Notes: generated by a model from the letters alone, not told the origin. Numbered from the stretch's first letter, positions 18,236 to 28,748 are shown. The stretch: DNA of 64,000 nt from an uncultured Alphaproteobacteria bacterium (GCA_934248075.1 CAKQKH010000003.1:46710-110709), one strand, 5' to 3'. Program-made: numbers and translations.

Positions 18236-21094
18236 ATGGCAAGATTATTACTTACTTCGACAGACCCGAGTCCTGATGCCACTAAAAAAGCGATTTTAGA
18301 AGAAATTGATGCACTGAAGAAGTTTATAAATTGTCCAGACAACAGCTATACTACTGGGATGAATAGTATAAATGGATCACTCGTGATGCGAGAAACGGCC
18401 AAATACAATTTTTGTGATTTTGCAGATATAAGACACCCAGACCTTGTCGCTGAAGCTCTTAAAGAACAGCGCGATTCTGGACACAATACTTTAATATGTC
18501 CTCTATACGCAATAGCTGAAACAGATGACCCTAGATACACATCTGCATCGCTAAAAGCTTCTCTAAAAGCCATACGAGAACATGACCACCACAATCAATA
18601 TAAAAAGATACTGCTCCCCATTGGCGATGTAGAAGGATCTCATGCTATGGCTTTAGCTATTGAAGGTGATCAGGCCTACATTTTCGAGCAATTTGGCGAT
18701 GACAGATATAAAGATTTTAAAAATAAGCTAACCGAAGTTTTGACCAGCGTCGGTATTAAAGAAGTCCATATCAACCGCAAACCTTTAACCGACGGAAATC
18801 GTTTAGACTGTGCCACAGTCAGCACCGCCATAATTTCTCAAGCCATTAAAGCCAAATCCATTAAAGATCTTTTTGACCAGGTTGAACACAAATCTCCGTT
18901 TTTCACCTCTGAGGAAATTAATGCTCAACATAAATTGGATAAAAACCGTGCCAAAATAGCTCTGAATGATATTAAAAACGGTCACCGCAATGACCGCAAC
19001 AACAGCGCTGATGTTATCTTGTTCCAAAAATTATTGTCAAAGACTGCTCTAAAAACAGGAACATTGCCGCCGCAAGACATAGAAGCTTTCTGGAACGCCA
19101 AAGATAAAAACGATTTTGTTAACAACTACGAGCATATCATGACACAAAACCAACAACTTGAAGACATCTTTAACGCAATGCACACCCCTAAGGAAGTCCA
19201 AGAAAAAATCTTGGCCAGCCTTAACGACTCTGCCGCCAAAGATGCACTAATCAGAGAATGTGAAAATTACAACAATGATTATCACGAGATTTCCGTCAAC
19301 TATCAAAATCTCCATGACTCGATAGATCGATACTATAATCTCAAAGAAAACGACTACGGAACCGGAACTTATACCGTCGTAAGCTCGCTGGTTGCGTGGA
19401 AAATAGCGCAAAAGCATGATGTTTGTTTTGTTGATAGTATTTTTACCAGAACCTCCGGCAAAAACAAAGACACGGAGCTAAAGACCAGAATAGAAGCTTC
19501 CAAAAACAAAGCGAAAAACCCTCAGACCATTGTGCTTGGCCCGATTGAAACCTCTCGCACAGAAAACGGCAAAACAGTTTTTGATCCGAACACCTTATCA
19601 ATCATTTTAAATTCAGCTGAAATCAAGAATTCTGAAACCGCGATTATGCCCTTGACTCTGACAGACGCCACAAACGGCAAGCGGCACATGGTCAGCCTGA
19701 TTTTGCGCCCCAATGCCAAAAGCGGCAAACCCGAGGCTTCTCTAATTGATCAGTGCGGACGTGATGCCTACAAAGAATCCAAAGATCAAATCAAAGATCT
19801 GTTGCAAAAAAGCGGTTACAATCTCACCTATGAGCCGGACAGAATTATGGACAATCGTAATGATTGCGCCATTTTTACCGCCATGATTAATGATGCTGCC
19901 ATCGGCAAATCCGCCGATGAACTAAAAACCTATATTGAGGATGTGCAAAAGAAATCGCAAGACGAAAAAGCGGCTGAAGTTGATAAATATAACGGCCAAT
20001 GCAAACAGATTACGCTGGACGCCTATTGGGAAGTCTGTGCCGCTGATCCGTTGTTCAAACAGTATCTCAAGGCTTCTGGCGTTGACATCAGCACTCTTGA
20101 TAACGCTAAAAAGATGCAATACCTCAAAGAATTCAATAGTGGCGGTGTTCTTACTGTTGAAGACAATCAAAACGATGATGATCGCGTTTCTGATCCGATT
20201 TGGAAACAAGAGATTCGTGAGGCGGTTGAAAAAGCCAATCAAGAACTATCTCAAAAATTTGAAGAATACACAGACTCCGAACACCCTGATCGTCTGTTCT
20301 TCAGAGACCAAAACAATGCCGGCAACATCATTGCTTTTGCCAGCAAAGAACAAGCCTATGTTGAAGGTGAACAAGCTGCTTTTGATCAACTGGTTGTCAC
20401 CGCCAAAAAAATGGGCAAAGACACTATTGCTTTTGGCTCTTTTGAAAAACACCCCGAATATCGCGCCAAACTTTATTTGGCTTGCCTCAAACACGGCCTC
20501 AAAATGACAAACGCTCCCGAGCTGGATAGCCTTCAGCAATATCCAGAATACGCGGCTATTCAAAACATCATTTCCGGAGAGGAAAAGAAAAAATCCGAGG
20601 AAGAAAAACCTAAAAAAATAAAAGAGTTAAGAGAGAAATTTCGCGCAATAGACCAAGAGCTTGATACCGCGCGGCGTGAATTTATGGAAAATGACGAATG
20701 CAAAAAACTCTTGAAAGAATACAGCAAGACCAAGGGCGACCGTAACATGGATAAAGATGAGAAAAAAACCAAATTGGCCGAGCTTCAAGACCAAATAAAA
20801 GAAACAGCCGCTGGCAAAAAATTAGCCGAGTTGGCTGACAAAAAAGCTCAGCTGTTCCAAAAAGGTTTTGCTGATGGTATTATTGACGAAAAACGAGCTA
20901 ATGATGCTGCTAATCGCCGCCGCACTCCCATAGATCTCAAACAAAAAACCGGTGAAACCGATGAAGATTTTGCCGCTCGTAAAGAAAAACTAGAAAAAGC
21001 GCAAAAAAGACTTAAACCCACCGAAGAAATTTTAGCTGCAGATGTACAACGGCGGATTCTTCGTCAGGCCATAACATCTAAAAAAACACGTTAA
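18236..21094 (+). CDS. Large hypothetical protein with two Ulp1/SENP-like (clan CE) cysteine-peptidase modules and a Lys/Glu-rich C-terminal region; candidate secreted effector
   Basis: The 952-aa ORF is clear. Module 1 reads KILLPIGDVEGSHAMALAI..YIFEQFGDD..TDGNRLDCATV, with H136/E151/C192. Module 2 reads AIMPLTLTDATNGKRHMVSLIL..SLIDQCG..MDNRNDCAIFTAMI, with H484/D505/C544. The functional call is motif-based only. Confidence 0.8.
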   Translation: MARLLLTSTDPSPDATKKAILEEIDALKKFINCPDNSYTTGMNSINGSLVMRETAKYNFCDFADIRHPDLVAEALKEQRDSGHNTLICPLYAIAETDDPRYTSASLKASLKAIREHDHHNQYKKILLPIGDVEGSHAMALAIEGDQAYIFEQFGDDRYKDFKNKLTEVLTSVGIKEVHINRKPLTDGNRLDCATVSTAIISQAIKAKSIKDLFDQVEHKSPFFTSEEINAQHKLDKNRAKIALNDIKNGHRNDRNNSADVILFQKLLSKTALKTGTLPPQDIEAFWNAKDKNDFVNNYEHIMTQNQQLEDIFNAMHTPKEVQEKILASLNDSAAKDALIRECENYNNDYHEISVNYQNLHDSIDRYYNLKENDYGTGTYTVVSSLVAWKIAQKHDVCFVDSIFTRTSGKNKDTELKTRIEASKNKAKNPQTIVLGPIETSRTENGKTVFDPNTLSIILNSAEIKNSETAIMPLTLTDATNGKRHMVSLILRPNAKSGKPEASLIDQCGRDAYKESKDQIKDLLQKSGYNLTYEPDRIMDNRNDCAIFTAMINDAAIGKSADELKTYIEDVQKKSQDEKAAEVDKYNGQCKQITLDAYWEVCAADPLFKQYLKASGVDISTLDNAKKMQYLKEFNSGGVLTVEDNQNDDDRVSDPIWKQEIREAVEKANQELSQKFEEYTDSEHPDRLFFRDQNNAGNIIAFASKEQAYVEGEQAAFDQLVVTAKKMGKDTIAFGSFEKHPEYRAKLYLACLKHGLKMTNAPELDSLQQYPEYAAIQNIISGEEKKKSEEEKPKKIKELREKFRAIDQELDTARREFMENDECKKLLKEYSKTKGDRNMDKDEKKTKLAELQDQIKETAAGKKLAELADKKAQLFQKGFADGIIDEKRANDAANRRRTPIDLKQKTGETDEDFAARKEKLEKAQKRLKPTEEILAADVQRRILRQAITSKKTR

Positions 21095-21100
21095 CCCAGC

Positions 21101-21129
21101 AAAGGCAGCTTAACCGCTGCCTTTTTTTA
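21101..21129 (+). terminator. Rho-independent terminator of the 952-aa gene
   Basis: Stem AAAGGCAGC / GCTGCCTTT with loop TTAACC is followed by a T-run. Confidence 0.7.
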
Positions 21130-21134
21130 TTGCC

Positions 21135-21791
21135 TTACAATTCAAAAATTTGTCCGGCCTGCAACACTCCGCCCAGACCGGCTTTTTTGGCTCTTTCCAC
21201 CACTTCTGCATAATCCTGCGGCCGATAATGAGATACAAAAGTCTTGGCCTTGATTTCCGGTTTTGCCGCTGCCAATTCATCAATTTTAACAATCGCTCCG
21301 CCGTTCAAACTCACATCATGAATAATCATCTTGGCTTGCTGCGCTTGCTTGGTATCAAGAACCGATATTGCCGAATCTCCGCTATACAGCACCATATCCG
21401 CCACATACAGCGCCAAACATTCCAACCCTTTGGCATGCGGCACCAAAAATGTTTCTAATTTTACTTCTGACGGCATCACCATCTGAGCCGCATTCACTCC
21501 GTCGGCATTTTGCAAAAGCCTGTCCCACGCGCCGCCAATCGCGGTCTTTTGTCCCAAGATATTATAGCGATATTCCACCAGCGTCACCGCCGAACCGGCA
21601 TGATCCTGATGCTGATGAGAAATCAGCGCCGTTTTAATTTTATTCGCATATCCTCGCCGCAGCAGCTCCTGAAACACACTGTACCCGCAATCAAGCAAAA
21701 CTCCGCTGTTCTCATCTTGCCACAGCACAAAAGAATTATTAATCCCGTCTTTCACAAAAGCCGAGTTAGTACCCAAAACCTCTAGTTTCAT
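21135..21791 (-). CDS. MBL-fold metallo-hydrolase
   Basis: 218 aa. It has the motif ISHQHQDHAGS (HxHxDH). Its start lies 2 nt after the histidine-kinase stop. Confidence 0.8.
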   Translation of the reverse strand: MKLEVLGTNSAFVKDGINNSFVLWQDENSGVLLDCGYSVFQELLRRGYANKIKTALISHQHQDHAGSAVTLVEYRYNILGQKTAIGGAWDRLLQNADGVNAAQMVMPSEVKLETFLVPHAKGLECLALYVADMVLYSGDSAISVLDTKQAQQAKMIIHDVSLNGGAIVKIDELAAAKPEIKAKTFVSHYRPQDYAEVVERAKKAGLGGVLQAGQIFEL

Positions 21792-21793
21792 TA

Positions 21794-23221
21794 CTACTCC
21801 TGTTCCTCAATCGGCAGATAAATCGTAAATGTTGTTCCGTTATAGCCATTGGAATTAACCGTCAAATTACCGCGATGCCGCAAAATGATATGTTTAGCGA
21901 TTGCCAAACCTAATCCTGTTCCTTTAATATTCAAGTCCTTATGCTCTTGACAACGATAAAATCTCTCGGTCAGTCTGGCCAATTTATCCCGCTCAATTTT
22001 CGGCCCTTTATTATTAACCGAGATTGCCACCGCCGCGCCGCCAGCCACCTTAAAACTCTTGGAAACCGGTATTTGCTCTGCATTTTTCAGCCGAATAGTC
22101 ACATCTGTGCCGGATATTCCGTACTTAACCGCGTTGTCTGTCAAATTCTGCACCACTTGTTTAATTTGCGCCCTATCCCCGATAACCGGCGGCAGTTTTT
22201 CATCTCGCACCAACCGGATTTTCATCTCGCGCTCCGCCGCTTTCATGCTCAATGCCTGCATAACCTCCTCGGCCACATCGGCAACCTCAACCCTGCCTTC
22301 CGGCCGCTGATCCTGATTCAGTTCAATCTTTGAAAGCGACAACAGATTCTCAATCAAAGATGACATATATTCCGCCTGTTCAGCCATAATCTTCAAAAAT
22401 TTTTCTTGCGCCTCGGGATCGCTCTTTGCCGAGGTCTGCAAGGTCTCAATAAAGCCCGAGATAATTGATAACGGCGTCCGCAGCTCATGGCTGGCATTAG
22501 CCACAAAATCCGATTGCATTTTCTCAATTTTCATTGACTTAGTCATATCATAAATTGAGATAACCGCCACCGCTTTGCCCTTAGACAGCCACGGCAGTTG
22601 TTTGATATGAGCGTATAATTTTTGACTGTCGGTATTGTCGGTATAAAATATCAGGTTTTCTGACTTGCTTTCCTTATTCAAAACTCTGGCAACGGAATTT
22701 ATAAAATTGTTAGATTTAAACAACTTATCAATGTTTTTATTAGTAATGTTTTTGCCAAATTCCGAACGGGCTGACAAATTCGCTCCCAAAATATTTCCGG
22801 CGCGATCAATCACCATAATCGGATCCGGCAGACTATCCAACACCGCGGTGTCAGATATGGTTTGAGCCTCCAATTGGTCGGTCTTCTGCGCCCAAAACCT
22901 ATGCATGGCGTTCACCGCCTCAACAATTGCCTTGGCATCGTCTTCCGACAAGCTCATTGCCATCTCGTCAAAATTCTCGCCCTTTGACATTGAAGACACA
23001 TAACGCCGGATTTGTTGCAGTTCAAACATCCACGGAAATAAAATCACAATATTAAACAGCACCACTGCCGCCAAAGAAATTACCGCCAACACCGGATCAA
23101 CCAGCTGAAAAGCCGCCAACACAATAAATATTGTCGCTGTCGGAAAGGTCAAAAACAACACTTGTTTGGCAAAGTTGGAATTTTTTTCAATTCCCAAAGA
23201 TTTTCTGGCGCGTTCAAACAT
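21794..23221 (-). CDS. Sensor histidine kinase (2 TM, PAS-like, HisKA, HATPase_c; PhoR-like layout)
   Basis: 475 aa. The H-box is FVANASHELRTPL, the N-box is VVQNLTDNAVKY, and the G-boxes are GTGLGLAIAKHI. No response regulator is adjacent. Confidence 0.85.
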   Translation of the reverse strand: MFERARKSLGIEKNSNFAKQVLFLTFPTATIFIVLAAFQLVDPVLAVISLAAVVLFNIVILFPWMFELQQIRRYVSSMSKGENFDEMAMSLSEDDAKAIVEAVNAMHRFWAQKTDQLEAQTISDTAVLDSLPDPIMVIDRAGNILGANLSARSEFGKNITNKNIDKLFKSNNFINSVARVLNKESKSENLIFYTDNTDSQKLYAHIKQLPWLSKGKAVAVISIYDMTKSMKIEKMQSDFVANASHELRTPLSIISGFIETLQTSAKSDPEAQEKFLKIMAEQAEYMSSLIENLLSLSKIELNQDQRPEGRVEVADVAEEVMQALSMKAAEREMKIRLVRDEKLPPVIGDRAQIKQVVQNLTDNAVKYGISGTDVTIRLKNAEQIPVSKSFKVAGGAAVAISVNNKGPKIERDKLARLTERFYRCQEHKDLNIKGTGLGLAIAKHIILRHRGNLTVNSNGYNGTTFTIYLPIEEQE

Positions 23222-23315
23222 ATTTGCTGTCCTATATCTTGCAAAAAAAACTAGACGGAATTTTTAATTATATTATTATGAAACAAGTTTAAAAATACTA
23301 AATAATCTGAAAGAA

Positions 23316-25985
23316 ATGACTGACACTTCCGCCAACATCACGCCTCTAATGGCTCAATACTTGCAAATCAAAAACGAACATAAGGATTATCTCCTTTTCT
23401 ATCGTATGGGAGATTTTTACGAATTGTTTTTTGATGACGCTGTTGTTGCCTCCAAAGCTCTTGACATTGCCCTAACCAAGCGCGGCAAATGTGATGATCA
23501 AGATATTCCCATGTGCGGAGTTCCGTTTCATGCTTATGAGAGCTATTTGGCCAAACTAATTCGTCAGGGTTTCAAAGTTGCCATTTGTGAGCAGGTAGAA
23601 GATCCCAAAGAAGCCAAAAAACGCGGCTACAAAGCCATTGTTAAACGCGAGGTTATCCGCTTGGTTACCGCCGGCACTCTTACTGAAGAACCGCTGCTTG
23701 ATGCCAAAAAGAACAATTTTTTGCTCACCATAGCCAAGCTTAATGATTCTCTCGGTTTGGCCTGGCTTGACATTTCCACCGGTGATTTCCTTTTGCAGGA
23801 AATCGGCCTCAAATCTCGTGATGAAGCCGTAGTCTTAGCCGGCGTTTTATCTCGCCTAAGTCCGGTGGAAATTGTCGTTTCTGACGCCTATTTGCAAAAT
23901 CCTCACATTTTTAACATTCTCAACTCCTGTCGCGATCAGCTCTCGGTTTTACCGGCCGCTCGTTTCAACAGTGAAAACGCCGCCAAACGTCTCAAAGACG
24001 TTTACAAGGTGGATACCTTAGATGCTTTTGGTAATTTCAGTCGCGCCGAGATTGCCGCCGCCGGTGTTTTGCTTGATTATGTCGAAAGCACCCAAAAAGG
24101 CAAATTTCCGCTAATTCAGCGCCCGCAAAAAGTTACTGAAGGCCAGATTATGGAAATTGACGGCGCCACCCGCCGCTCGCTAGAGCTGATAGATTCTCTC
24201 AGCGGTGATAAATCCTCTTCCCTGCTCGGAGTTATTGACTGCACGGTTACCGGCGCCGGCGGCAGGCTTTTGGCCTCGCGCATAGCCAACCCGCTCAAAG
24301 ATATTGTTGCCGTAAATGCCCGTCTTGACGCCGTGGAATTTTTTGCTACTTTTCACAATATGCGTCAGGATTTGCGCCAGATTCTCAAATCCTGCCCAGA
24401 CATTGAGCGCGCGGTTTCCCGCCTTTGCCTTGGCCGCGGCGGCCCTCGAGATCTCGCCAATATCAAAACCGCTTTAGCCGTGGTTCCAGCTCTGCGCAAC
24501 CTTTTGCGCGGCGAAGGCATGGCTATATCCGGCCAACCTGAATCCGTCAAAAAAATAGCGGCCGACCTTGGCGAACATTCGCACTTGGTCGCCAACCTGC
24601 AATCAGCCCTTCAAGATGATTTGCCTTTGCTGGCGCGTGACGGCGGTTTTGTTCGTGAAGGATATTCCGCCGCTTTAGATGAAATCAAACGCCTTAAAAA
24701 TGATAGCCATAAACTAATTATCGAATTACAGGCCAAATACGCCGAAGCCACCGGCATTTCCAACCTCAAAATCAAATTTAACAACGTCATCGGCTACTTT
24801 ATTGAGGTACAAAGCAAATTTGCCACTCAAATGTTGGAGGATAAACAATTTATTCATCGCCAATCTGTGCTTAATGCTTCTCGCTTCACCACCGTTGAAT
24901 TGAGTGAGCTTGAGGATAAGATTCGCGGCGCGTCAGATAAAGCTTTGGCTATGGAATTGGAAATTTTTGACCAACTGGTAAATGACATCAAAATTTATTG
25001 CGATGATATTCTAAAAACCGCCAAAGCCCTTGCTCGCCTTGATGTTGCCGCTGCTTTGGCTGATCTGGCGGTTGAAAAAAATTATTGCCGTCCGATAATT
25101 GACAACTCTTTAGCCTTTGAAATCAAAAGCGGCCGTCATCCGGTGGTGGAAGCTTCCATCAACAAAGCCGGCAGCGGCACTTTTGTTGGCAATGACTGCA
25201 ACCTGAATGAGCAAAACGGCCGTTTGTGGCTTTTAACCGGCCCCAACATGGCTGGTAAATCCACTTTTCTGCGGCAGAACGCCATTATCGCGGTTATGGC
25301 GCAAATGGGTTCGTTTGTTCCCTGTGAATCCGCGCATATCGGCGTAATTGACAAGATATTTTCTCGTGTCGGAGCCAGTGATGATCTGGCCAGAGGTCGT
25401 TCAACCTTCATGGTTGAGATGGTCGAAACCGCCGCTATTTTGAATCAAGCCGACGAGCGTTCTTTTGTCATTCTTGATGAAATTGGCCGTGGCACCGCCA
25501 CTTTTGACGGTTTGTCCATTGCCTGGGCGGTGATTGAGCATTTGCACGATATCAATAAATGCCGCACCATTTTTGCCACTCACTATCATGAGCTGACCGC
25601 TCTGACTTCCAAACTGCCGCAAATGACCCTGCACTGCATGAAAATTAAAGAATTCAATGATGAAGTTGTATTTTTGCATGAGGTGATTGACGGCGCCGCC
25701 GACCGCAGCTATGGTATCCATGTCGCCAAATTAGCCGGCCTTCCCAAAGCCGTTCTCAAAAGATCCGAACAAGTTTTGCAACATCTGGAAAAAAATGGCA
25801 AAACTGCCTCCATGCAGGAATTAGCCGATGATTTGCCGCTTTTTGCCGCCGTTCGTGAAAAAGCTGAAGCTCAGCCCGCCACATCTCCGGCATTAGAGGC
25901 TTTGACACAGATCAACCCTGATGAGCTAAGCCCCAAAGAGGCTCTGGAAAAACTGTATGAACTGAAAAGTTTACAATCTAAATAA
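23316..25985 (+). CDS. mutS: DNA mismatch repair protein MutS
   Basis: 889 aa. The N-terminus is [34 protein letters not shown], the Walker A motif is [13 protein letters not shown], and STFMVEM follows. Confidence 0.95.
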   Translation: MTDTSANITPLMAQYLQIKNEHKDYLLFYRMGDFYELFFDDAVVASKALDIALTKRGKCDDQDIPMCGVPFHAYESYLAKLIRQGFKVAICEQVEDPKEAKKRGYKAIVKREVIRLVTAGTLTEEPLLDAKKNNFLLTIAKLNDSLGLAWLDISTGDFLLQEIGLKSRDEAVVLAGVLSRLSPVEIVVSDAYLQNPHIFNILNSCRDQLSVLPAARFNSENAAKRLKDVYKVDTLDAFGNFSRAEIAAAGVLLDYVESTQKGKFPLIQRPQKVTEGQIMEIDGATRRSLELIDSLSGDKSSSLLGVIDCTVTGAGGRLLASRIANPLKDIVAVNARLDAVEFFATFHNMRQDLRQILKSCPDIERAVSRLCLGRGGPRDLANIKTALAVVPALRNLLRGEGMAISGQPESVKKIAADLGEHSHLVANLQSALQDDLPLLARDGGFVREGYSAALDEIKRLKNDSHKLIIELQAKYAEATGISNLKIKFNNVIGYFIEVQSKFATQMLEDKQFIHRQSVLNASRFTTVELSELEDKIRGASDKALAMELEIFDQLVNDIKIYCDDILKTAKALARLDVAAALADLAVEKNYCRPIIDNSLAFEIKSGRHPVVEASINKAGSGTFVGNDCNLNEQNGRLWLLTGPNMAGKSTFLRQNAIIAVMAQMGSFVPCESAHIGVIDKIFSRVGASDDLARGRSTFMVEMVETAAILNQADERSFVILDEIGRGTATFDGLSIAWAVIEHLHDINKCRTIFATHYHELTALTSKLPQMTLHCMKIKEFNDEVVFLHEVIDGAADRSYGIHVAKLAGLPKAVLKRSEQVLQHLEKNGKTASMQELADDLPLFAAVREKAEAQPATSPALEALTQINPDELSPKEALEKLYELKSLQSK

Positions 25986-26088
25986 AAACATTTTGCGCAC
26001 AACGCCATAATTGTGTAAAATCAATACTTTATCAAACGGTAGAATTTTACCGTACAATATCACATTGAAAATCAACAACATTTTATTG

Positions 26089-26116
26089 TTGACATGATAT
26101 TTTTTTCATGTATATT
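26089..26116 (+). promoter_or_regulatory. Putative sigma-70 promoter of rplM-rpsI
   Basis: TTGACA (26089-26094), a 16-nt spacer, then TATATT (26111-26116), about 45 nt upstream of the rplM ATG. Confidence 0.45.
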
Positions 26117-26159
26117 GGCCAACGAGAATTTTAACCTATCTTTTATAGAGAGAAAAACT

Positions 26160-26624
26160 ATGAACACATATGCAACCAAACCCTCGGACGTCGAGAGAAA
26201 ATGGTATGTAGTTGATGCTCAAGGTGTTGTTTTGGGTCGTTTGTCTGCTCAGATCGCCAAGATTCTGCAAGGCAAAAACAAACCCAACTACATCAGCAAC
26301 ATTGACTGCGGAGACTATGTCGTTGTTATCAACGCTGACAAAGTTAAACTTACCGGCCGCAAAATGACCGATAAACTCTACCATAAACACACCGGTTGGA
26401 TTGGTGGTATCAAAGAAACCACCCCTGCCAAAATTTTGGCTGGCCAGTTTCCGGAAAGAGTTATCATCAAAGCTGTTGAGCGCATGCTCTCCCGCAACCC
26501 GATGGGTCGCCAGCAGATGACCAAACTCAAGGTTTATGCCGGTGAGAATCATCCCCACACCGCCCAGAACCCGATTGTTTTGGACATGGAAGCAATGAAC
26601 GCTAAAAATAAGAGGAGCAAATAA
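26160..26624 (+). CDS. rplM: 50S ribosomal protein L13
   Basis: The sequence begins [42 protein letters not shown]. The start is ATG 26160; the track start at 26094 is an upstream extension. Confidence 0.95.
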   Translation: MNTYATKPSDVERKWYVVDAQGVVLGRLSAQIAKILQGKNKPNYISNIDCGDYVVVINADKVKLTGRKMTDKLYHKHTGWIGGIKETTPAKILAGQFPERVIIKAVERMLSRNPMGRQQMTKLKVYAGENHPHTAQNPIVLDMEAMNAKNKRSK

Positions 26625-26626
26625 TC

Positions 26627-27115
26627 ATGGCTGAGAAATTAGAATCTTTGAAAGACCTCAAAAAGGCCTCGGTCAAAGCCGAATCCGCCGCTGTTGAAGC
26701 TGCTCCGCGCAAAGCCAAAAAAGACAAACAGGGTCGTTCTTATGCTACCGGTAAACGCAAAGATGCCGTTGCTCGCGTATGGATTAAACCCGGCAAAGGC
26801 GTAATCACCATCAACGAGAAATCTATCGATCAGTACTTTGCTCGTCCGGTTTTGAAAATGATCATCAACCAGCCTTTTGAAGTTGCTAACCGCGTTAATG
26901 AATTTGACGTTGTTTGCACCGTAAAAGGTGGTGGTTTGTCCGGACAGGCCGGTGCTATCAAACACGGCATTTCTAAGGCTCTGAACGAATATGAGCCGGA
27001 ATTGCGCAATTGCTTGAAGAAAGCCGGTTTCCTGACTCGTGATGACAGAACCGTTGAACGTAAGAAATATGGCCGCGCCAAAGCTCGCCGTTCTTACCAG
27101 TTCAGCAAGCGTTAA
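26627..27115 (+). CDS. rpsI: 30S ribosomal protein S9
   Basis: 162 aa containing [13 protein letters not shown]...[19 protein letters not shown]...[25 protein letters not shown]. Confidence 0.95.
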   Translation: MAEKLESLKDLKKASVKAESAAVEAAPRKAKKDKQGRSYATGKRKDAVARVWIKPGKGVITINEKSIDQYFARPVLKMIINQPFEVANRVNEFDVVCTVKGGGLSGQAGAIKHGISKALNEYEPELRNCLKKAGFLTRDDRTVERKKYGRAKARRSYQFSKR

Positions 27116-27143
27116 TCGCGTTACGAAGACACCCGAGATTACG

Positions 27144-27169
27144 AAAGGCCGCATTTCGCGGCCTTTTTC
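27144..27169 (+). terminator. Rho-independent terminator of rplM-rpsI
   Basis: Stem GAAAGGCCGC / GCGGCCTTT is followed by TTTC. Confidence 0.7.
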
Positions 27170-27189
27170 ATTAGTTTATGATGTCAAAA

Positions 27190-28059
27190 TTATCGGCTTA
27201 TACTCTGCCTTTTTAACAACGGAGCAGACATAGCATGCGGCGCCTTAAAATCAGGAGCAATCGCCGCTGACAAGTCCATTTCCTTTCCCTCTACCACAAA
27301 AGTCAAAAACTTCTTAAAAATCTGCTGATACATCTCCGCTGATTTACTGGTATCCTTGCCGGCGTTTTCATTTTGATAAACGCCAAACTGATGCTGAAAA
27401 TCACCATGCGGTCCATAATAACTTTGCCTTTCAGGATTAGACATCCAGCTATCAAATTGCTCTCTGACATATTGCAGGCCATCTTCTTTATTGTGCGCTT
27501 TTTCAGATATATCTTCGCTAATGGTGGCGGAAATCTCGTCAATAAACCGTGTGCGCATAAAAAACTCTCTGTTCAGCGCGGCGTTTTCCGCAATAGCATC
27601 TGCAAAAACAAGCGAATTTTGATAATGTTTCAATTCATGTCGAACTGATTTTTGCGGATCTGCATTTCGCAATTTCTTAAAATGCTCAATGATTCCCTGC
27701 ACTTTTATCTTATCTTTTTCCGAAAGATTTTTTTGCACTTGCACATTAATAAAAAGCCCAAACCCATTAATCATAATCTTCGGCACCGTTTTATCCGGCC
27801 TAAACACCGCCAAATCATGCGGAAGCTCAGTCTCGTGTCCGGACACATCTTTCAGCACCAATTCGCCGTCTTGACTGCGCCGATCAATAACATAGCTATA
27901 TGGATAGAAATAGAGTTTAACCCCTCTATCTTTCACAATCTGCGGAATCTGTTCATCAGGCAAGGCGCACTCGCGCGAAAACAACAACGGAATCCCATCT
28001 CGCGGAACAATGTACTCACTTGAACGGCCTGCGCCATTTTTCAAACGATTAACATACAT
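27190..28059 (-). CDS. Hypothetical protein with an HExxH motif
   Basis: 289-aa soluble ORF with no signal peptide. It contains a single HELKH motif (VRHELKHYQN). No family was recognised. Confidence 0.6.
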   Translation of the reverse strand: MYVNRLKNGAGRSSEYIVPRDGIPLLFSRECALPDEQIPQIVKDRGVKLYFYPYSYVIDRRSQDGELVLKDVSGHETELPHDLAVFRPDKTVPKIMINGFGLFINVQVQKNLSEKDKIKVQGIIEHFKKLRNADPQKSVRHELKHYQNSLVFADAIAENAALNREFFMRTRFIDEISATISEDISEKAHNKEDGLQYVREQFDSWMSNPERQSYYGPHGDFQHQFGVYQNENAGKDTSKSAEMYQQIFKKFLTFVVEGKEMDLSAAIAPDFKAPHAMSAPLLKRQSISR

Positions 28060-28252
28060 ATCTACCCCCTAAAGACAGTATATTATATTTTAGACAAACA
28101 AGAAACCCCAAAAAACATTTTGCCGGTAAATTTTTGCTTCTTTTCAGACTAAAAGAATTCTCTATTACAATATAATCTGGACAAAATCAGTCAATTATGT
28201 TACTTTTTTACCATATTTCTTATTATGAATAAATAATTTAAAAAAACATACA

Positions 28253-28744
28253 ATGAAAAAGATTTTAATGATTATGGCTTCCGCCGTGATAGTTTGCGGC
28301 TGCAGCGCTCAAATCATCAACAAGGTAAACCGCTATAATTACGGCAAACCGGCTGATTACGGACACCCCAAAGCCCGACAAATTTTGGCCAGTGAACAAA
28401 TCCGCAACTACAAGGACGTTCACACCGGCGCAATAGTTTATGATTCTGCCAACCAAGACTACACGTTTAGTGTCTCTTTCGGCACAATCAAACTACAAAA
28501 CACCTCAAATGGATACATTGAGGTTTATGAATACGACTCCAAGCGTAGTTCAGACTGGTTATTTAAGGAACGGATTTATCGCGAAGGTCCGTTTCATGAA
28601 ATTATAACCTGGACCAACAAACAGCCGCAGTTGATAACCTTTTCAACTTCAGACTACTTGCGGCTGCGCGTAACCGTATATACGGCCGCGTACCGAGATG
28701 GCCAATGGCACAAGAAGTACCTGTTGAGGTCATTCACATTTTAA
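28253..28744 (+). CDS. Hypothetical lipoprotein
   Basis: 163 aa. The N-terminus MKKILMIMASAVIVCGCSAQ is a signal peptide with a lipobox-like VCGC. Confidence 0.6.
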   Translation: MKKILMIMASAVIVCGCSAQIINKVNRYNYGKPADYGHPKARQILASEQIRNYKDVHTGAIVYDSANQDYTFSVSFGTIKLQNTSNGYIEVYEYDSKRSSDWLFKERIYREGPFHEIITWTNKQPQLITFSTSDYLRLRVTVYTAAYRDGQWHKKYLLRSFTF

Positions 28745-28748
28745 ATCA

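Noticed and set aside
19922-20563. ORFs on both strands inside the 3' half of the 952-aa gene (19922-20242, 19935-20507, 20246-20563, 20560-20772)
   Set aside because: The Lys/Glu-rich (A/G-rich) coding sequence leaves the other frames open. The long frame is continuous from 18236 to 21094, with a terminator immediately after it.
26136-27154. Minus-strand ORFs 26136-26558 (140 aa), 26639-27154 (171 aa) and 26830-27081
   Set aside because: They are antisense to rplM and rpsI, whose identities are certain.
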